A stretch of 47,846 nucleotides of DNA from Bacillota bacterium (GCA_012798895.1 JAAZMI010000042.1:1-47846), one strand, 5' to 3'; positions 1 through 9,583 are shown, counted from the stretch's first letter. Made by a program: numbers and translations. Notes: a model not told the origin generated them from the sequence alone.

Positions 1-2
1 AA

Positions 3-236
3 ATGCCAACGGGCAGGACACAGATAAAGAACATCGGGAAAGCTGAATACATGTCTCTTTTTCATCAATACCAGGGCGAAACGTTATGTTCCAAAAAACT
101 GAGCATCTACGCTAACCAGATACAAAACCCGGAGATGAGGGAGATGCTCACACAGATGAGCACAAGTTCCCAGGAAAGAGCAGATAGGCTCTCCTCTTTT
201 TTACAGGAGGTTGGTGGAAGCCATCTGCTCGGCTAA
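3..236 (+). CDS. small helical hypothetical protein, possibly coat/ferritin-like; the ATG is 2 nt from the window edge so the true start is uncertain
   Basis: 77-aa ORF immediately upstream of, and co-oriented with, a CotF-like ORF. Similar size and helix-prone Q/E/L-rich composition. No diagnostic motif recognised. Confidence 0.4.
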   Translation: MPTGRTQIKNIGKAEYMSLFHQYQGETLCSKKLSIYANQIQNPEMREMLTQMSTSSQERADRLSSFLQEVGGSHLLG

Positions 237-323
237 AAAGTGATGAACGGGAAAGTATAACCGGGGAAAAAACAAGTAGACCCAGAATTAACTATAAATT
301 CAACTGGACAGGGGGTTATCATA

Positions 324-578
324 GTGCCTCAAGGACAGATACCGCAACAACAGCTAACCGATAAAGAAATCGCCGGAGATGTTCTAACCGGAACCAAACA
401 CCTATCCCAGGGATACATGCATGCCATCCTGGAATCACAAAATCCAAATTTACACCAGACATTTATAGATTTCCATGACCAGCATTTAAATGATCATTGG
501 CAGATCTTCCAGATCATGCAGCAAAATGGCTGGTACAAGGTGCCCATGATTTTAGATGAAGAAGAACAAAGCTTCTAA
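324..578 (+). CDS. spore coat protein, Coat F (CotF) domain family
   Basis: LTDKEIAGDVLTGTKHLSQGYMHAILESQNPNLHQTF...QQNGWYKVP matches the Coat_F pattern (LxDxxIxxDxLxxxKxxxxxYxxAxxExxNxxL...GWY). GTG start 8 nt after a GGGGG Shine-Dalgarno. Hairpin terminator downstream. Confidence 0.75.
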   Translation: MPQGQIPQQQLTDKEIAGDVLTGTKHLSQGYMHAILESQNPNLHQTFIDFHDQHLNDHWQIFQIMQQNGWYKVPMILDEEEQSF

Positions 579-697
579 AAAAAACAGCCTGTGCCAACTG
601 GAGCCAGGTTGTTTCCTTCAAAAAAAATAAAATCCTTTTTGTGATTAAAATGATGCTGCAAAATCAGGTTTTGACAAAAAAGAGCTACGAAAGTATG

Positions 698-738
698 ACG
701 CCGGTTTTAAGGTATAAAGCAGAAACCGGCGTTTTTTT
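698..738 (+). terminator. rho-independent terminator after the coat-protein pair; probably also serves the convergent gene 754-1200
   Basis: 10-bp stem ACGCCGGTTT / AAACCGGCGT with a 15-nt loop, followed by a T7 run on the plus strand. An A-rich tract on the other side allows bidirectional function. Confidence 0.6.
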
Positions 739-753
739 ATATTTTTTTCCTCC

Positions 754-1200
754 TTAGTTCCCGTTAAGTGCCTTGTCTACAGCTTCTCTAGGCGAAAAGG
801 CCTCTTCCATGCCGGGGCATCGCCAAGGGGGCCGTAGGGCGATTACCCTTTTCCCTTCCTTCAAGGCGATGGCCGTCTCCGAAAGCGTGCCGTATTTCCC
901 AGAGACAGAGATTAAAACATCGCTGCAGCGCACTACCAAAAAATTGCGCATCGCACCCATTCCCGTAGGCAGGGCATAGCTGAGATAGGCGTTGGCCTCT
1001 TGGCGGTTTTCTCCCGGCAGAATACCCAGGCTGACCCCACCAGCCTCCCTACAACCCCGGCAGGCTGCCTCCATCACTCCGCCCTTCCCGCCGCAAACGA
1101 GTACCGCCCCGCCCAGGGCAATCTCCTTACCCACTTCATAAGCTATTTCGGCCAGATCTGCCCCACATTTACCTGCACCGATAACTCCGATATAGAACAA
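754..1200 (-). CDS. TIGR00725-family / LOG-like (SLOG fold, lysine-decarboxylase-like) protein
   Basis: IGVIGAGKCG...VLVCGGKGGVMEAACRG...GILPG...PTGMGAMRNFLVV...SGKYGTLSE is the Rossmann-like GGxGGxM / PGGxGTxxE pattern of the LOG/TIGR00725 family. TTG start 7 nt after GGAGGTG. Confidence 0.75.
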   Translation of the reverse strand: MFYIGVIGAGKCGADLAEIAYEVGKEIALGGAVLVCGGKGGVMEAACRGCREAGGVSLGILPGENRQEANAYLSYALPTGMGAMRNFLVVRCSDVLISVSGKYGTLSETAIALKEGKRVIALRPPWRCPGMEEAFSPREAVDKALNGN

Positions 1201-1365
1201 AGCAAGACACCTCCGGGGAAAAAAATTTTACTTTCCGGCGAGATATGATAATCTTATTACAGTAAAAGAATGCATATTATTTTGGACGGGGAAAACATAA
1301 TAGTTCTCTTCCCGGAACAGATCCGGGTTATTCCCTGTCGTTATGCTTTAAAAGTGGAGGCCTTC

Positions 1366-3345
1366 ATGAAAAATAATAAAAAAATAGTTTCCTTTCCTTC
1401 CGAAAAAGAAAGAAGTTTCAAGGGCTGGCGTGCACGGTTGCGCCGGGAACTGAACGCAGAACAATACTTTTTCGCAACCCACCGCGGCCTGTCCTTGGTG
1501 GGTATCGCCGGGCCCGGTTCCGGTAAAACCCGGGCTCTAACCTACCGCGTTGCCGACCTGCTGCAAGAAGATGTTCCACCGGAAAACATCCTTCTCGTTA
1601 CCTTTACCAATAAAGCTGCCGGGGAGATGAAAGATCGCGTCTCTGAGATCATAGGTTTCCTGCCACCGGGATTATGGGCCGGCACTTTTCACAGCATCGG
1701 GGCCAGAACACTGCGGCGCCATGCCCAGTTGGTACAAAGAAATGCAAATTTTTCCATTATGGATGAAGAAGACCGGGAGGCAATGCTCAGAGCATCGCTG
1801 ACCTCTTTAGATTTAAACCTGACCACCAAAGAACACAACTTGTTTGTAAAAAAAAGGTTGTTGGGCAGAATACTCAGCGCAGCCCGTAACTCGAACCAAC
1901 CCTTAACTGTATATCTTGAAAATCAGTATCCGGATCTGTTAGGTTACCTTCCCGCCTTAAACAAGGTGGAACAAGCCTACGAAGAGAGAAAACGCCTCGC
2001 TAACGCCTTTGACTTCGACGACCTGCTCTGCATCTGGCTCGAGCTTCTTCAAACACACAAAGGGATCCGGGAACATTACCAGGCACAATTTCAGCACATT
2101 TTAGTCGATGAATATCAAGATACCAACGCTGTTCAGAACCAGATTGTTTTGTTGTTGGGTGAAAAAGGAGCAACCTGTCTCGTAGGTGATGATGCCCAGT
2201 CAATCTATAGTTTTCGTTGCGCAGAGGTTGAAAACATCCTTAATTTCTCCGATAAAAGGCCGGATTGCACCATCGTCAAGCTCACCCGGAACTACCGCAG
2301 TGTTCCGGAGATCCTGACGCTGGCCAACCACTCCATCGCTTATAACAAGCGCCAGATTTCCAAAGAACTTACTACCGTGCGGGAATCAGGGGAGACCCCA
2401 CACATTTTCCTCGCCCGCAACAATTATGATGAAGCTGATTTCATCGCCGGTAAAATAGAAGATCTCTGCCGCACCGGGCATAACTTAAAAGATATCGCCG
2501 TGCTTTACCGCAGCTCTTATCTTTCTCAGGACGTAGAGATGGAACTGATCAATAGGGGAATTCCTTATCTTACTTTTGGCGGCCTAAAATTTCTTCAGCG
2601 GGCACACATCAAAGATATTTTGGCCTGGTTAAAAATCTTGGGAAATTCCCGGGACGAACTCGCCTGGCGCCGGCTGGCTTTGATGCAGAAGGGCATCGGG
2701 GAAAACACCTTCCGGGAACTATGGCAGGAGATGAGCAGCCACTCGGAGCCACTAGCTGCAGCATTGGAAGAAAAGGTCCGGCCCCGCCGCGGCAAGAAAA
2801 GCTGGGAGACTTTGGCGGCGTCTCTGCAACAGTTGGCTGCAGCCGGCAAAGAAAATGTGCCCCTGTTAATCAAAATTATCATGGAGGGCCCCTACCGCGA
2901 ATACCTACAAGCCAAATATCCCGACGATTACAAAGAGCGCAGCATGGGTATCGAGAGGCTGGCCGCCTATGGGGCACGTTGTTCATCGCTGCAGGAATTT
3001 CTGGAATCCCTGCTGCTGGAAGAGACCCTGGTCATGGACAGCATCAAGGAAGATCACCCGGAAAAAGATTACCTCACTCTCTCCACGATCCACAGCGCCA
3101 AAGGCAAGGAATGGAGAACTGTGCTCCTCATCGGTTTAAATGAAGGCCGCTTCCCCTCGCTTTTGGGCCGGGAAAACATGGAGGAAGAAAGACGCTTGTT
3201 CTACGTCGCTGTAACCCGGGCCAAGGATCTCCTTTACCTAACCACTTCCCAACAGGAATACCGTGGTTGGGGGAACTTTGAAGGCCGCCCCTCCACATTT
3301 CTGCAGGAGTTGCCCCCACACTGCTATCAGTTAATCGAGTTTTGA
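1366..3345 (+). CDS. UvrD/Rep/PcrA-family ATP-dependent DNA helicase (superfamily 1A)
   Basis: Helicase motifs: I GPGSGKT, Ia VTFTNKAAGEM, II LVDEYQDTN, III VGDDAQSIYSFR, IV RNYRS, V TIHSAKGKEW, VI YVAVTRAK. Start moved to the ATG at 1366, which has GGAGG 4 nt upstream (the ORF track opens at 1270). Confidence 0.9.
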   Translation: MKNNKKIVSFPSEKERSFKGWRARLRRELNAEQYFFATHRGLSLVGIAGPGSGKTRALTYRVADLLQEDVPPENILLVTFTNKAAGEMKDRVSEIIGFLPPGLWAGTFHSIGARTLRRHAQLVQRNANFSIMDEEDREAMLRASLTSLDLNLTTKEHNLFVKKRLLGRILSAARNSNQPLTVYLENQYPDLLGYLPALNKVEQAYEERKRLANAFDFDDLLCIWLELLQTHKGIREHYQAQFQHILVDEYQDTNAVQNQIVLLLGEKGATCLVGDDAQSIYSFRCAEVENILNFSDKRPDCTIVKLTRNYRSVPEILTLANHSIAYNKRQISKELTTVRESGETPHIFLARNNYDEADFIAGKIEDLCRTGHNLKDIAVLYRSSYLSQDVEMELINRGIPYLTFGGLKFLQRAHIKDILAWLKILGNSRDELAWRRLALMQKGIGENTFRELWQEMSSHSEPLAAALEEKVRPRRGKKSWETLAASLQQLAAAGKENVPLLIKIIMEGPYREYLQAKYPDDYKERSMGIERLAAYGARCSSLQEFLESLLLEETLVMDSIKEDHPEKDYLTLSTIHSAKGKEWRTVLLIGLNEGRFPSLLGRENMEEERRLFYVAVTRAKDLLYLTTSQQEYRGWGNFEGRPSTFLQELPPHCYQLIEF

Positions 3346-3462
3346 ATAAGAAATAAACCTACCCGAATTTGCAGGAATCCAACAAATAAAAGTTGCCGGG
3401 TGAGCAAACAACGATCAACTAAAAGATTTGTGAGGCACACATTCCCAAAAACCTGCAGGCCA

Positions 3463-5148
3463 TTACAGAGCATCCCACTGTGCCCGCATCTCCCGCCGCA
3501 AGAGCTTTCCGGAGGAACTTTTGGGGATCTCTGGGACGAAACGGATCTCTTTCGGGGTTTTAAAATCGGCAAGATATTGCCGGCAAAATGAGAGCAATTC
3601 CCCGGCGGTCGCCTTCCGGCGATCCTTTAAAACCACCGCGGCAACCACCTCTTCGCCGTAAAGCTCATCGGGGATGCTGATGCAGGCCGCATCCCTTACC
3701 GCCGGATGCCTATAGAGTACCTCCTCGATCTCCCGGGGATAGATATTTTCCCCACCGCGGATGATCAGATCTTTTTTCCGGTCCACCAGATAAAAATACC
3801 CGTCTTCATCATAGTACCCGAGGTCGCCGCTGTGAAACCAGTCGCCGCTGAAGGCTTCCGCCGTTTCCTGCGGGTTTTTATAATAGCCCTTCATAATATT
3901 TTCACCGCGGATCAGAATCTCCCCCACCTCATTTGGCCCAAGGACATTATGATCGGCATCCACCACTCGCATCTCATTGCCCAGCGGCAGACCAACGGAG
4001 CCAAGCTTGCGATAGCCGTCATTTTCACCCAGCTTTAGCGCCTCCGCGGGCGGCAGCGGATTAAAGGTGGAACGACAAGTCGTCTCTGTCATCCCGTAGC
4101 CCTCGATGACCGGCACCCGAAAGATTTTTTCAAATTCGCTCTGGACTTTAACCGGTACCGGCGCCGAACCGCAGAAAACAATTTTTAAGTTGTGTGCCGG
4201 TATTTCCCGGGGAATAACCCTGTTGAGCAACATTGATAACATTGTCGCTACTGTGCCAACATAATCCACTTTATATTCGGCCGCCAGGGGGAAAAATTTT
4301 GATACGCTGAAGCGATGCGGCATCACTACGCTCCCCCCATGATACAATGGCGCTATCGTCGTTACAATCTGCCCGTTTACATGAAAAAGCGGCATCACGC
4401 ACATCGCCCGGTCGCCTTCCTGCAAGCGATTCCAAGTAACAATCCAATGAGCATCGACGATCATATTATGGTGGGTAAGCATTGCCCCTTTGGGCCGGCC
4501 GGTTGTGCCGGAGGTGTAGACGATCTCAGCCACGTCATCCGCCTGCAGGTCAGTTGCAAGAACCTCTGGCAATAACTCGGCGGCTTGCAGTGGAAGCACA
4601 TCTTTTAAATAAACGATCTGGATCCGCCGTGTTGCGCCCTCTCCTGAAGGAGCAATAACGTCACCGAGGACAGCAGGATCATCCCAGGTCAAAAGATAAC
4701 GGATTTTTCTCTGCGTCTCCAAAAACGTGGTGATGGATCCCAAAAATTCCGCGCTTATAAAGAGAGCAACGCTGTCCGAATTATCCAAAACATAGCCCAC
4801 TTCTTCCGCCTTCAAACCGGTATTCACCGGGCAGGCTATCGCCCCTAATTGCATGATCCCAAAAAAGGCAAAGAGGTATTCCGCCGAGTTGGGCATTAAC
4901 AAGGACACCTTGTCTTCCTTACGCACGCCTAAAGTATGTAGAAGATTGCTGACGGCATCTGCCTTTTCTTTAAATTCACCGTAAGAATACTGTTCATCAC
5001 TTTCCGGGTCGATAAGAAAGACCTTTTCTCCATAATCCCTGCCGCGCGCCATGAGTAGCTCGCGCAGCGTCATTTTTTTCTTCAGCTTAGGAATTTGCAA
5101 CAGATGGTTTTGCAAATAGCCGTCTGGTTCCGTTTTACCTGATCCCAT
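3463..5148 (-). CDS. AMP-dependent synthetase/ligase (long-chain acyl-CoA synthetase-like, adenylate-forming superfamily)
   Basis: AMP-binding signature YTSGTTGRPKGA, GYGMTE, GDLGYYDEDGYFYLVDRKKD and C-terminal SSSGKLLR. Start placed at the ATG at 5148, preceded by GGGGAGGGGG (the ORF track opens at 5211). Confidence 0.88.
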   Translation of the reverse strand: MGSGKTEPDGYLQNHLLQIPKLKKKMTLRELLMARGRDYGEKVFLIDPESDEQYSYGEFKEKADAVSNLLHTLGVRKEDKVSLLMPNSAEYLFAFFGIMQLGAIACPVNTGLKAEEVGYVLDNSDSVALFISAEFLGSITTFLETQRKIRYLLTWDDPAVLGDVIAPSGEGATRRIQIVYLKDVLPLQAAELLPEVLATDLQADDVAEIVYTSGTTGRPKGAMLTHHNMIVDAHWIVTWNRLQEGDRAMCVMPLFHVNGQIVTTIAPLYHGGSVVMPHRFSVSKFFPLAAEYKVDYVGTVATMLSMLLNRVIPREIPAHNLKIVFCGSAPVPVKVQSEFEKIFRVPVIEGYGMTETTCRSTFNPLPPAEALKLGENDGYRKLGSVGLPLGNEMRVVDADHNVLGPNEVGEILIRGENIMKGYYKNPQETAEAFSGDWFHSGDLGYYDEDGYFYLVDRKKDLIIRGGENIYPREIEEVLYRHPAVRDAACISIPDELYGEEVVAAVVLKDRRKATAGELLSFCRQYLADFKTPKEIRFVPEIPKSSSGKLLRREMRAQWDAL

Positions 5149-5233
5149 TTTTCCCCCTCCCCTTAGCCCAATTTTAACATTGATCTGCCTACGGGGCAAT
5201 TTCAGCGACATTGTGTCGCGGCAATGATCGTTT

Positions 5234-5323
5234 TAAACAACAAAACGCTTGCCGATGCCAGAACAAAAATATCAAAATGTAGGAGACAGCCCGCCGCTTA
5301 AACCATTATTGAACGGCAAGCGT
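5234..5323 (-). terminator. terminator-like inverted repeat with an unusually large loop, between the methyltransferase and the acyl-CoA ligase
   Basis: 10-nt arms ACGCTTGCCG (5245-5254) and CGGCAAGCGT (5314-5323) are separated by about 59 nt. On the minus strand the 3' arm is followed by TTTGTTGTTT. Confidence 0.3.
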
Positions 5324-5364
5324 CTTCTCCCTTCATACAAAGTATCTATGCAAAAGAAACCAGG

Positions 5365-6210
5365 CTAATTATATTTTAAAAACTTCCCATTGTTTCGCCA
5401 AGCTATTATTGTAATAGCAGTATTAGTCGTCTCATATACAATATTATCTACAGCAATGGATCTTAAGTAGTTTTTAAGGGCCTTTTCCTGCTCAATACCT
5501 ATTTCATGATCCGCTTTGCGGAAAAGATTAATTCTGTTGGCATAGAATTTACATGCTTCTTCCAACGGTTTTTCCATTTTCCAGAAATCTTGGAGATGGA
5601 TCATCTCCGGAAGCAATCCACGGCTCCATAACATGGAAAGAGCAATAATAATATCCTCGTCCCTATTTTTATTTTTGCCGGGAATACCTAATACCTCGGG
5701 AATTTTTCCCAGGATGGAATCCGTCCGTCGCGTCGGTTTCGCAAAGAAACAGTAATCGCGGGAGGCTCCCATCATCTTTTCAAATGTATCTGCATCGGAA
5801 ACTGCCGGTGTATTATGAGCAATCACCAGATCAAAGCAGCGCTCCCATCCCGCCTGCAAAAGATCGGTATTCTTCCAGTCCACACAGATAAAATCAATAT
5901 TATCCTTCTTGTGCTTGTCTGCATTAAAGCGGGCATACTCCAGCATTTTGGGAGAGATATCGATCGCCGTTATCCGGGAAACCCGTTCGCTGAGGGCAAT
6001 TGAAAACGTACCCGAACCACAACCGATGTCGAGCACGGTCATCTCATCATTAAAGGCAACTGTAGAGTGCAGTAGCTTTAAAAACCCATCTTCGTCCCAT
6101 TTGGGGACAGGAAAGCTGCGAAACCTTTCGGCCATATCATTCCACATACAAAGATTGGATTTTTCATTTATAATTTTTGAACGCCAGTGTTTTTTCAGAT
6201 CGTTTAACAT
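5365..6210 (-). CDS. class I SAM-dependent methyltransferase
   Basis: Motif I VLDIGCGSGTFSIAL, then ITAIDISPKMLEYA and an acidic post-II region DLVIAHN. Start placed at the ATG at 6210, preceded by AGGGAG (the ORF track opens at 6261). Confidence 0.8.
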   Translation of the reverse strand: MLNDLKKHWRSKIINEKSNLCMWNDMAERFRSFPVPKWDEDGFLKLLHSTVAFNDEMTVLDIGCGSGTFSIALSERVSRITAIDISPKMLEYARFNADKHKKDNIDFICVDWKNTDLLQAGWERCFDLVIAHNTPAVSDADTFEKMMGASRDYCFFAKPTRRTDSILGKIPEVLGIPGKNKNRDEDIIIALSMLWSRGLLPEMIHLQDFWKMEKPLEEACKFYANRINLFRKADHEIGIEQEKALKNYLRSIAVDNIVYETTNTAITIIAWRNNGKFLKYN

Positions 6211-6287
6211 TGTAACGCTCCCTTGCGCTGCCCCGTAGTAATTAAACCGACAAGGCATCATAGTATTACATTTTATTTTATATTTTA

Positions 6288-8021
6288 TCAGGCAATATCG
6301 GGAATAAAGCCGTCAAATTGGGCTCGATAGAGCCTGGCATAGTAACCGCCTTTTCTCATAAGCTGTTTGTGGGTCCCTTCTTCCACAATACCATCGTCGG
6401 TGAGGACGAGAATGCGCTGCGCCCGGCGCACCGTAGTAAGGCGGTGGGCGATCACCAGCGTGCTGCGATCCCGGGATAGTTGAAAAAGGGCCTCCTGAAT
6501 CAAAGCCTCAGTTTCATTGTCCAGGGCCGAGGTAGCTTCGTCCAAGATCAAAATGGGCGGATTTTTAAGGAAAATCCTGGCGATGGCGATGCGCTGCCGC
6601 TGCCCGCCGGAGAGCATCACTCCACGCTCACCGGTGTAGGTATCGTAACCCTTTTCCAACCCCATAATGAATTCATGCGCGTTGGCCTGCCTGGCGGCCT
6701 CTCTGATCTCCTCATCAGTGGTATCGATCCGGCCATAGGCAATATTTTCTTTGATGCTCCCGTTAAAAAGGTAGACATCCTGTTGGACGATGCCGATGTT
6801 CTGCCGCAATGTTTTCTGCGTGAAATCGCGGATATCAGTGCCGTCTATGCGGATGCTCCCTTTCCGGATATCATAGAAGCGGGGTATGAGATTGCAGATC
6901 GTGGTTTTCCCGGCACCGGAGGGGCCGACCAGGGCCACCGTCTCCCCCGGGGCAATGCGCAGGCAGGTGTTTTCAATGATGTTGTTATCGCGGCTATAGC
7001 CAAAGGTTACGTCCTCAAAAACAATTTCACCGTGGAGACGCCCCGCCCGGCGGGCCCCCTTTTTGTCCACAATCTCCGGCTCAACTTTCAGCGTCTCTAA
7101 AAAACGATGAAAGCCGGCCATCCCCCGCTGATAAATCTCTACGAGCATGGTGATACGCCGGATGGGCTGCATAAACAAGTTCACATATAGTAGGAACCCA
7201 ACCAGGGTTCCGAGGGTAATCCGCCCCCGGTAGATCAGATAACCGCCAAAAAAAACAACGAGCAGGTTGATCAAATTGGAGAAAAAATTGATCCCAGAGA
7301 AAAACTGGGCCATGGCACGGAAAGAGCGCTGCCTGGAGTGAAGAAAATTGCGGTTTTCCTGCTCAAATTTCTTTTTTTCGTACCATTCGTTGGTAAAGGA
7401 CTTGACAACCCGCACCCCGGAGATGCTGTCTTCCACCCGGGCGTTGATATCGGCGATCTTCAGCCGCACATCGCGGAAAGTTTCCTGCATGTGTTTATTC
7501 TTGGAAACAGCGAACCAGATCATCACCGGCACGAACAAAAAGACGAGTAAGGTCAGCGGCCAGTAGATCGTCAGCATGATGAAGAAAGCACCAATCAGCG
7601 TCACCGTAGCGATAAAGAGATCCTCGGGCCCATGGTGAGCCAGCTCGGAGATCTCATTTAAATCATTGACCAACCGCGACATGATATGGCCGGTTTTGGT
7701 GTTGTCAAAATAACGGAAAGAAAGCTTCTGGATATGGTCAAACATATCCTGGCGCATATCATATTCGATGCGCACACCAAGAACATGCCCCCAATAATCC
7801 ACAATATACTGCAGTAAAGCCCGCAACAGATAGAGAACCAACAAGCCGGCACAGATCCGGTAAAAAAGGGTTAGATCGCGCTGTGGAAGAACCTGGTCAA
7901 TGATCCACTGCACCGCCACCGGAAAAACCAGATCCAGCCCGGCCATGGTAAAAGCACAGCCAAAGTCGAGTAAGAATAGGGGCAAGTGCGGCCGGTAATA
8001 TTTAAAAAAACGTTTCCACAA
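6288..8021 (-). CDS. ABC transporter, fused permease/ATP-binding protein (MsbA/multidrug-exporter type)
   Basis: Six-helix N-terminal TMD followed by an NBD with Walker A GPSGAGKTT, signature LSGGQRQRIAIAR and Walker B ILILDEATSALD. TTG start 10 nt after AAGGAG. Confidence 0.9.
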   Translation of the reverse strand: MWKRFFKYYRPHLPLFLLDFGCAFTMAGLDLVFPVAVQWIIDQVLPQRDLTLFYRICAGLLVLYLLRALLQYIVDYWGHVLGVRIEYDMRQDMFDHIQKLSFRYFDNTKTGHIMSRLVNDLNEISELAHHGPEDLFIATVTLIGAFFIMLTIYWPLTLLVFLFVPVMIWFAVSKNKHMQETFRDVRLKIADINARVEDSISGVRVVKSFTNEWYEKKKFEQENRNFLHSRQRSFRAMAQFFSGINFFSNLINLLVVFFGGYLIYRGRITLGTLVGFLLYVNLFMQPIRRITMLVEIYQRGMAGFHRFLETLKVEPEIVDKKGARRAGRLHGEIVFEDVTFGYSRDNNIIENTCLRIAPGETVALVGPSGAGKTTICNLIPRFYDIRKGSIRIDGTDIRDFTQKTLRQNIGIVQQDVYLFNGSIKENIAYGRIDTTDEEIREAARQANAHEFIMGLEKGYDTYTGERGVMLSGGQRQRIAIARIFLKNPPILILDEATSALDNETEALIQEALFQLSRDRSTLVIAHRLTTVRRAQRILVLTDDGIVEEGTHKQLMRKGGYYARLYRAQFDGFIPDIA

Positions 8022-8309
8022 ATTATTTTTACTCCTTTATATGTACATAAAGCAGTTTCATCGAGTAAAGCAAAAAAGCATTTTTGCCGGCATGTTACCA
8101 ATCGATCTTATGTGTTACCAGGGTAATTAGGTAGTTCTTTTAGTTCTTTGCCCAGGCATGTTATTCCTGCCCTCTCTGTCCTCTATTGTTCTTTGAGAAT
8201 CTGACAATCCAATAGATTAGCCTACGGAGAAATTCCCCCTGCCGGGGCCGGGCATCCGTTCGCCGGGCCAGCGCCGGCAATATCCGGGGCCAAACCTCGC
8301 TGAATAAAT
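8022..8309 (-). promoter_or_regulatory. unassigned leader/regulatory region (copy A) upstream of the ABC exporter, sharing sequence blocks with 12301-12540
   Basis: Blocks identical to copy B (plus-strand text): ACGGAGAAA at 8224-8232, CCTGCCGG at 8238-8245, CTATTGTTCTT at 8183-8193. Two 10-mers, ATGTTACCAA (8092) and GTGTTACCAG (8112), sit 20 bp apart. A weak A/U hairpin plus T-run lies near 8060-8090. Confidence 0.45.
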
Positions 8310-9440
8310 CTACTCCATGCTCAACTGTTCAAAACCGATAAAATCCTTGGCAATTTCAGCATACAGCTCTTTGCCCACCATAAATTTATAGAGTTCATCT
8401 GCTTTTTCGATCGGGTCGATATCTTTAAATTGTTCGGGGTAGATCACTTTTCCGGCATAATAAGCATCGGCAACCGCTATCTCAATATTCGTCCAGTACC
8501 AGTTATAGGGGATCATGCTGTATACCTGCCCATTTTTGACCGCGGAAAGCGATCGATAATAGGCAGGGTTCTTTTGATAATCATCCTTGAATAATTCATA
8601 ACCGGATGAGTCCATAAAAAGAATATCCGGATCCCAACTAACAATTTTTTCCTTGTCGATCATCATCGAGCCGGATTTACCGGTTTCATCAACTACATTT
8701 TTGGCGTTGATAGCTTCAAAGGGAGGGAATTCACCCGCGGTGCTTTCGATCCCGTGGACACCTTGCATGCCCAATCCCCCAACATACACTGAGGGCTTAT
8801 CCTCTTCAGGAATATCTACTGTTCTATCGTTCAGATCTTTTTTGCAGCTTTCAAGGTAATCCACTACCTCTTGCGCCCTTTTTTCTTCACCGATGACCTT
8901 GCCGACCAGATGCAAAGAATCGTACACCTCTTTGCTAAAAGTCGAAGCGGTCCCATAATCCAGGACGACAACAGGGATACCTGTTTTTGCTTGAAGTTCA
9001 TCGGATTGGGCCTGATCTGTCAGACAAGAAAAGATCACATCGGGCCCTAAGCTGACCAGTTTTTCGGCATCCGGTTGTGTTTGGGGGCCTCCTTGGCCGA
9101 TAGTGGGCAGCCCTTCCAACTTGGATATGTTAGCTGTATAATACGGCCTCCCTGTCGGGCTGTTTTTCTCTAATTCCTCGATCCCGATTACTTTATCCGC
9201 TGTTATATAACAAACAAAGCGCAGCGCCCCGGGCCCGATAGCCACAACTTTTTCAGCCGGTTTGGAAAACTCAACTGTTCTACCGGACAGATCGGTAACT
9301 TGGAATGCATCAGCTACTTCCTCTACATCAGCCCCTTCTTCTACAATGGAAGCGGTTTCTTCCCCGCAGCCGCCCAGGAAAATTGTTAAAACAAAAAGAA
9401 CAGCGATGCCCAAAACCAACCAAGAATGTTTTTTTTGCAT
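8310..9440 (-). CDS. ABC transporter substrate-binding lipoprotein, Fe3+-siderophore/cobalamin (BtuF/FhuD, Peripla_BP_2) type
   Basis: Lipoprotein signal peptide with lipobox LGGC (LFVLTIFLGGCGEE). About 350-aa mature domain typical of cluster-A chelate-binding proteins. Same operon as a FecCD permease and a FepC-like ATPase. Confidence 0.8.
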   Translation of the reverse strand: MQKKHSWLVLGIAVLFVLTIFLGGCGEETASIVEEGADVEEVADAFQVTDLSGRTVEFSKPAEKVVAIGPGALRFVCYITADKVIGIEELEKNSPTGRPYYTANISKLEGLPTIGQGGPQTQPDAEKLVSLGPDVIFSCLTDQAQSDELQAKTGIPVVVLDYGTASTFSKEVYDSLHLVGKVIGEEKRAQEVVDYLESCKKDLNDRTVDIPEEDKPSVYVGGLGMQGVHGIESTAGEFPPFEAINAKNVVDETGKSGSMMIDKEKIVSWDPDILFMDSSGYELFKDDYQKNPAYYRSLSAVKNGQVYSMIPYNWYWTNIEIAVADAYYAGKVIYPEQFKDIDPIEKADELYKFMVGKELYAEIAKDFIGFEQLSME

Positions 9441-9487
9441 TTGTTAACACCCTTTCATCAGGTTCAATTACATATTATTGGTTTGAA

Positions 9488-9583
9488 CCTAAAAAACCCC
9501 TTTTAATCAAAATCATTGTCCTAAGGTGTCCTATTATGAGCTCCCCTCAGGCTTAGATTGTCCCGGAAAGGGTTTTTTTTAGG
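9488..9583 (-). repeat. intercistronic long-range inverted repeat (structured RNA element) between the ATPase and the binding-protein gene
   Basis: Plus-strand CCTAAAAAACCCC (9488-9500) is nearly the exact reverse complement of GGGTTTTTTTTAGG (9570-9583). The 8-mer GGTTTGAA occurs twice (near 9480 and 9591). An inner CTAAG/CTTAG pairing is possible. Confidence 0.4.
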
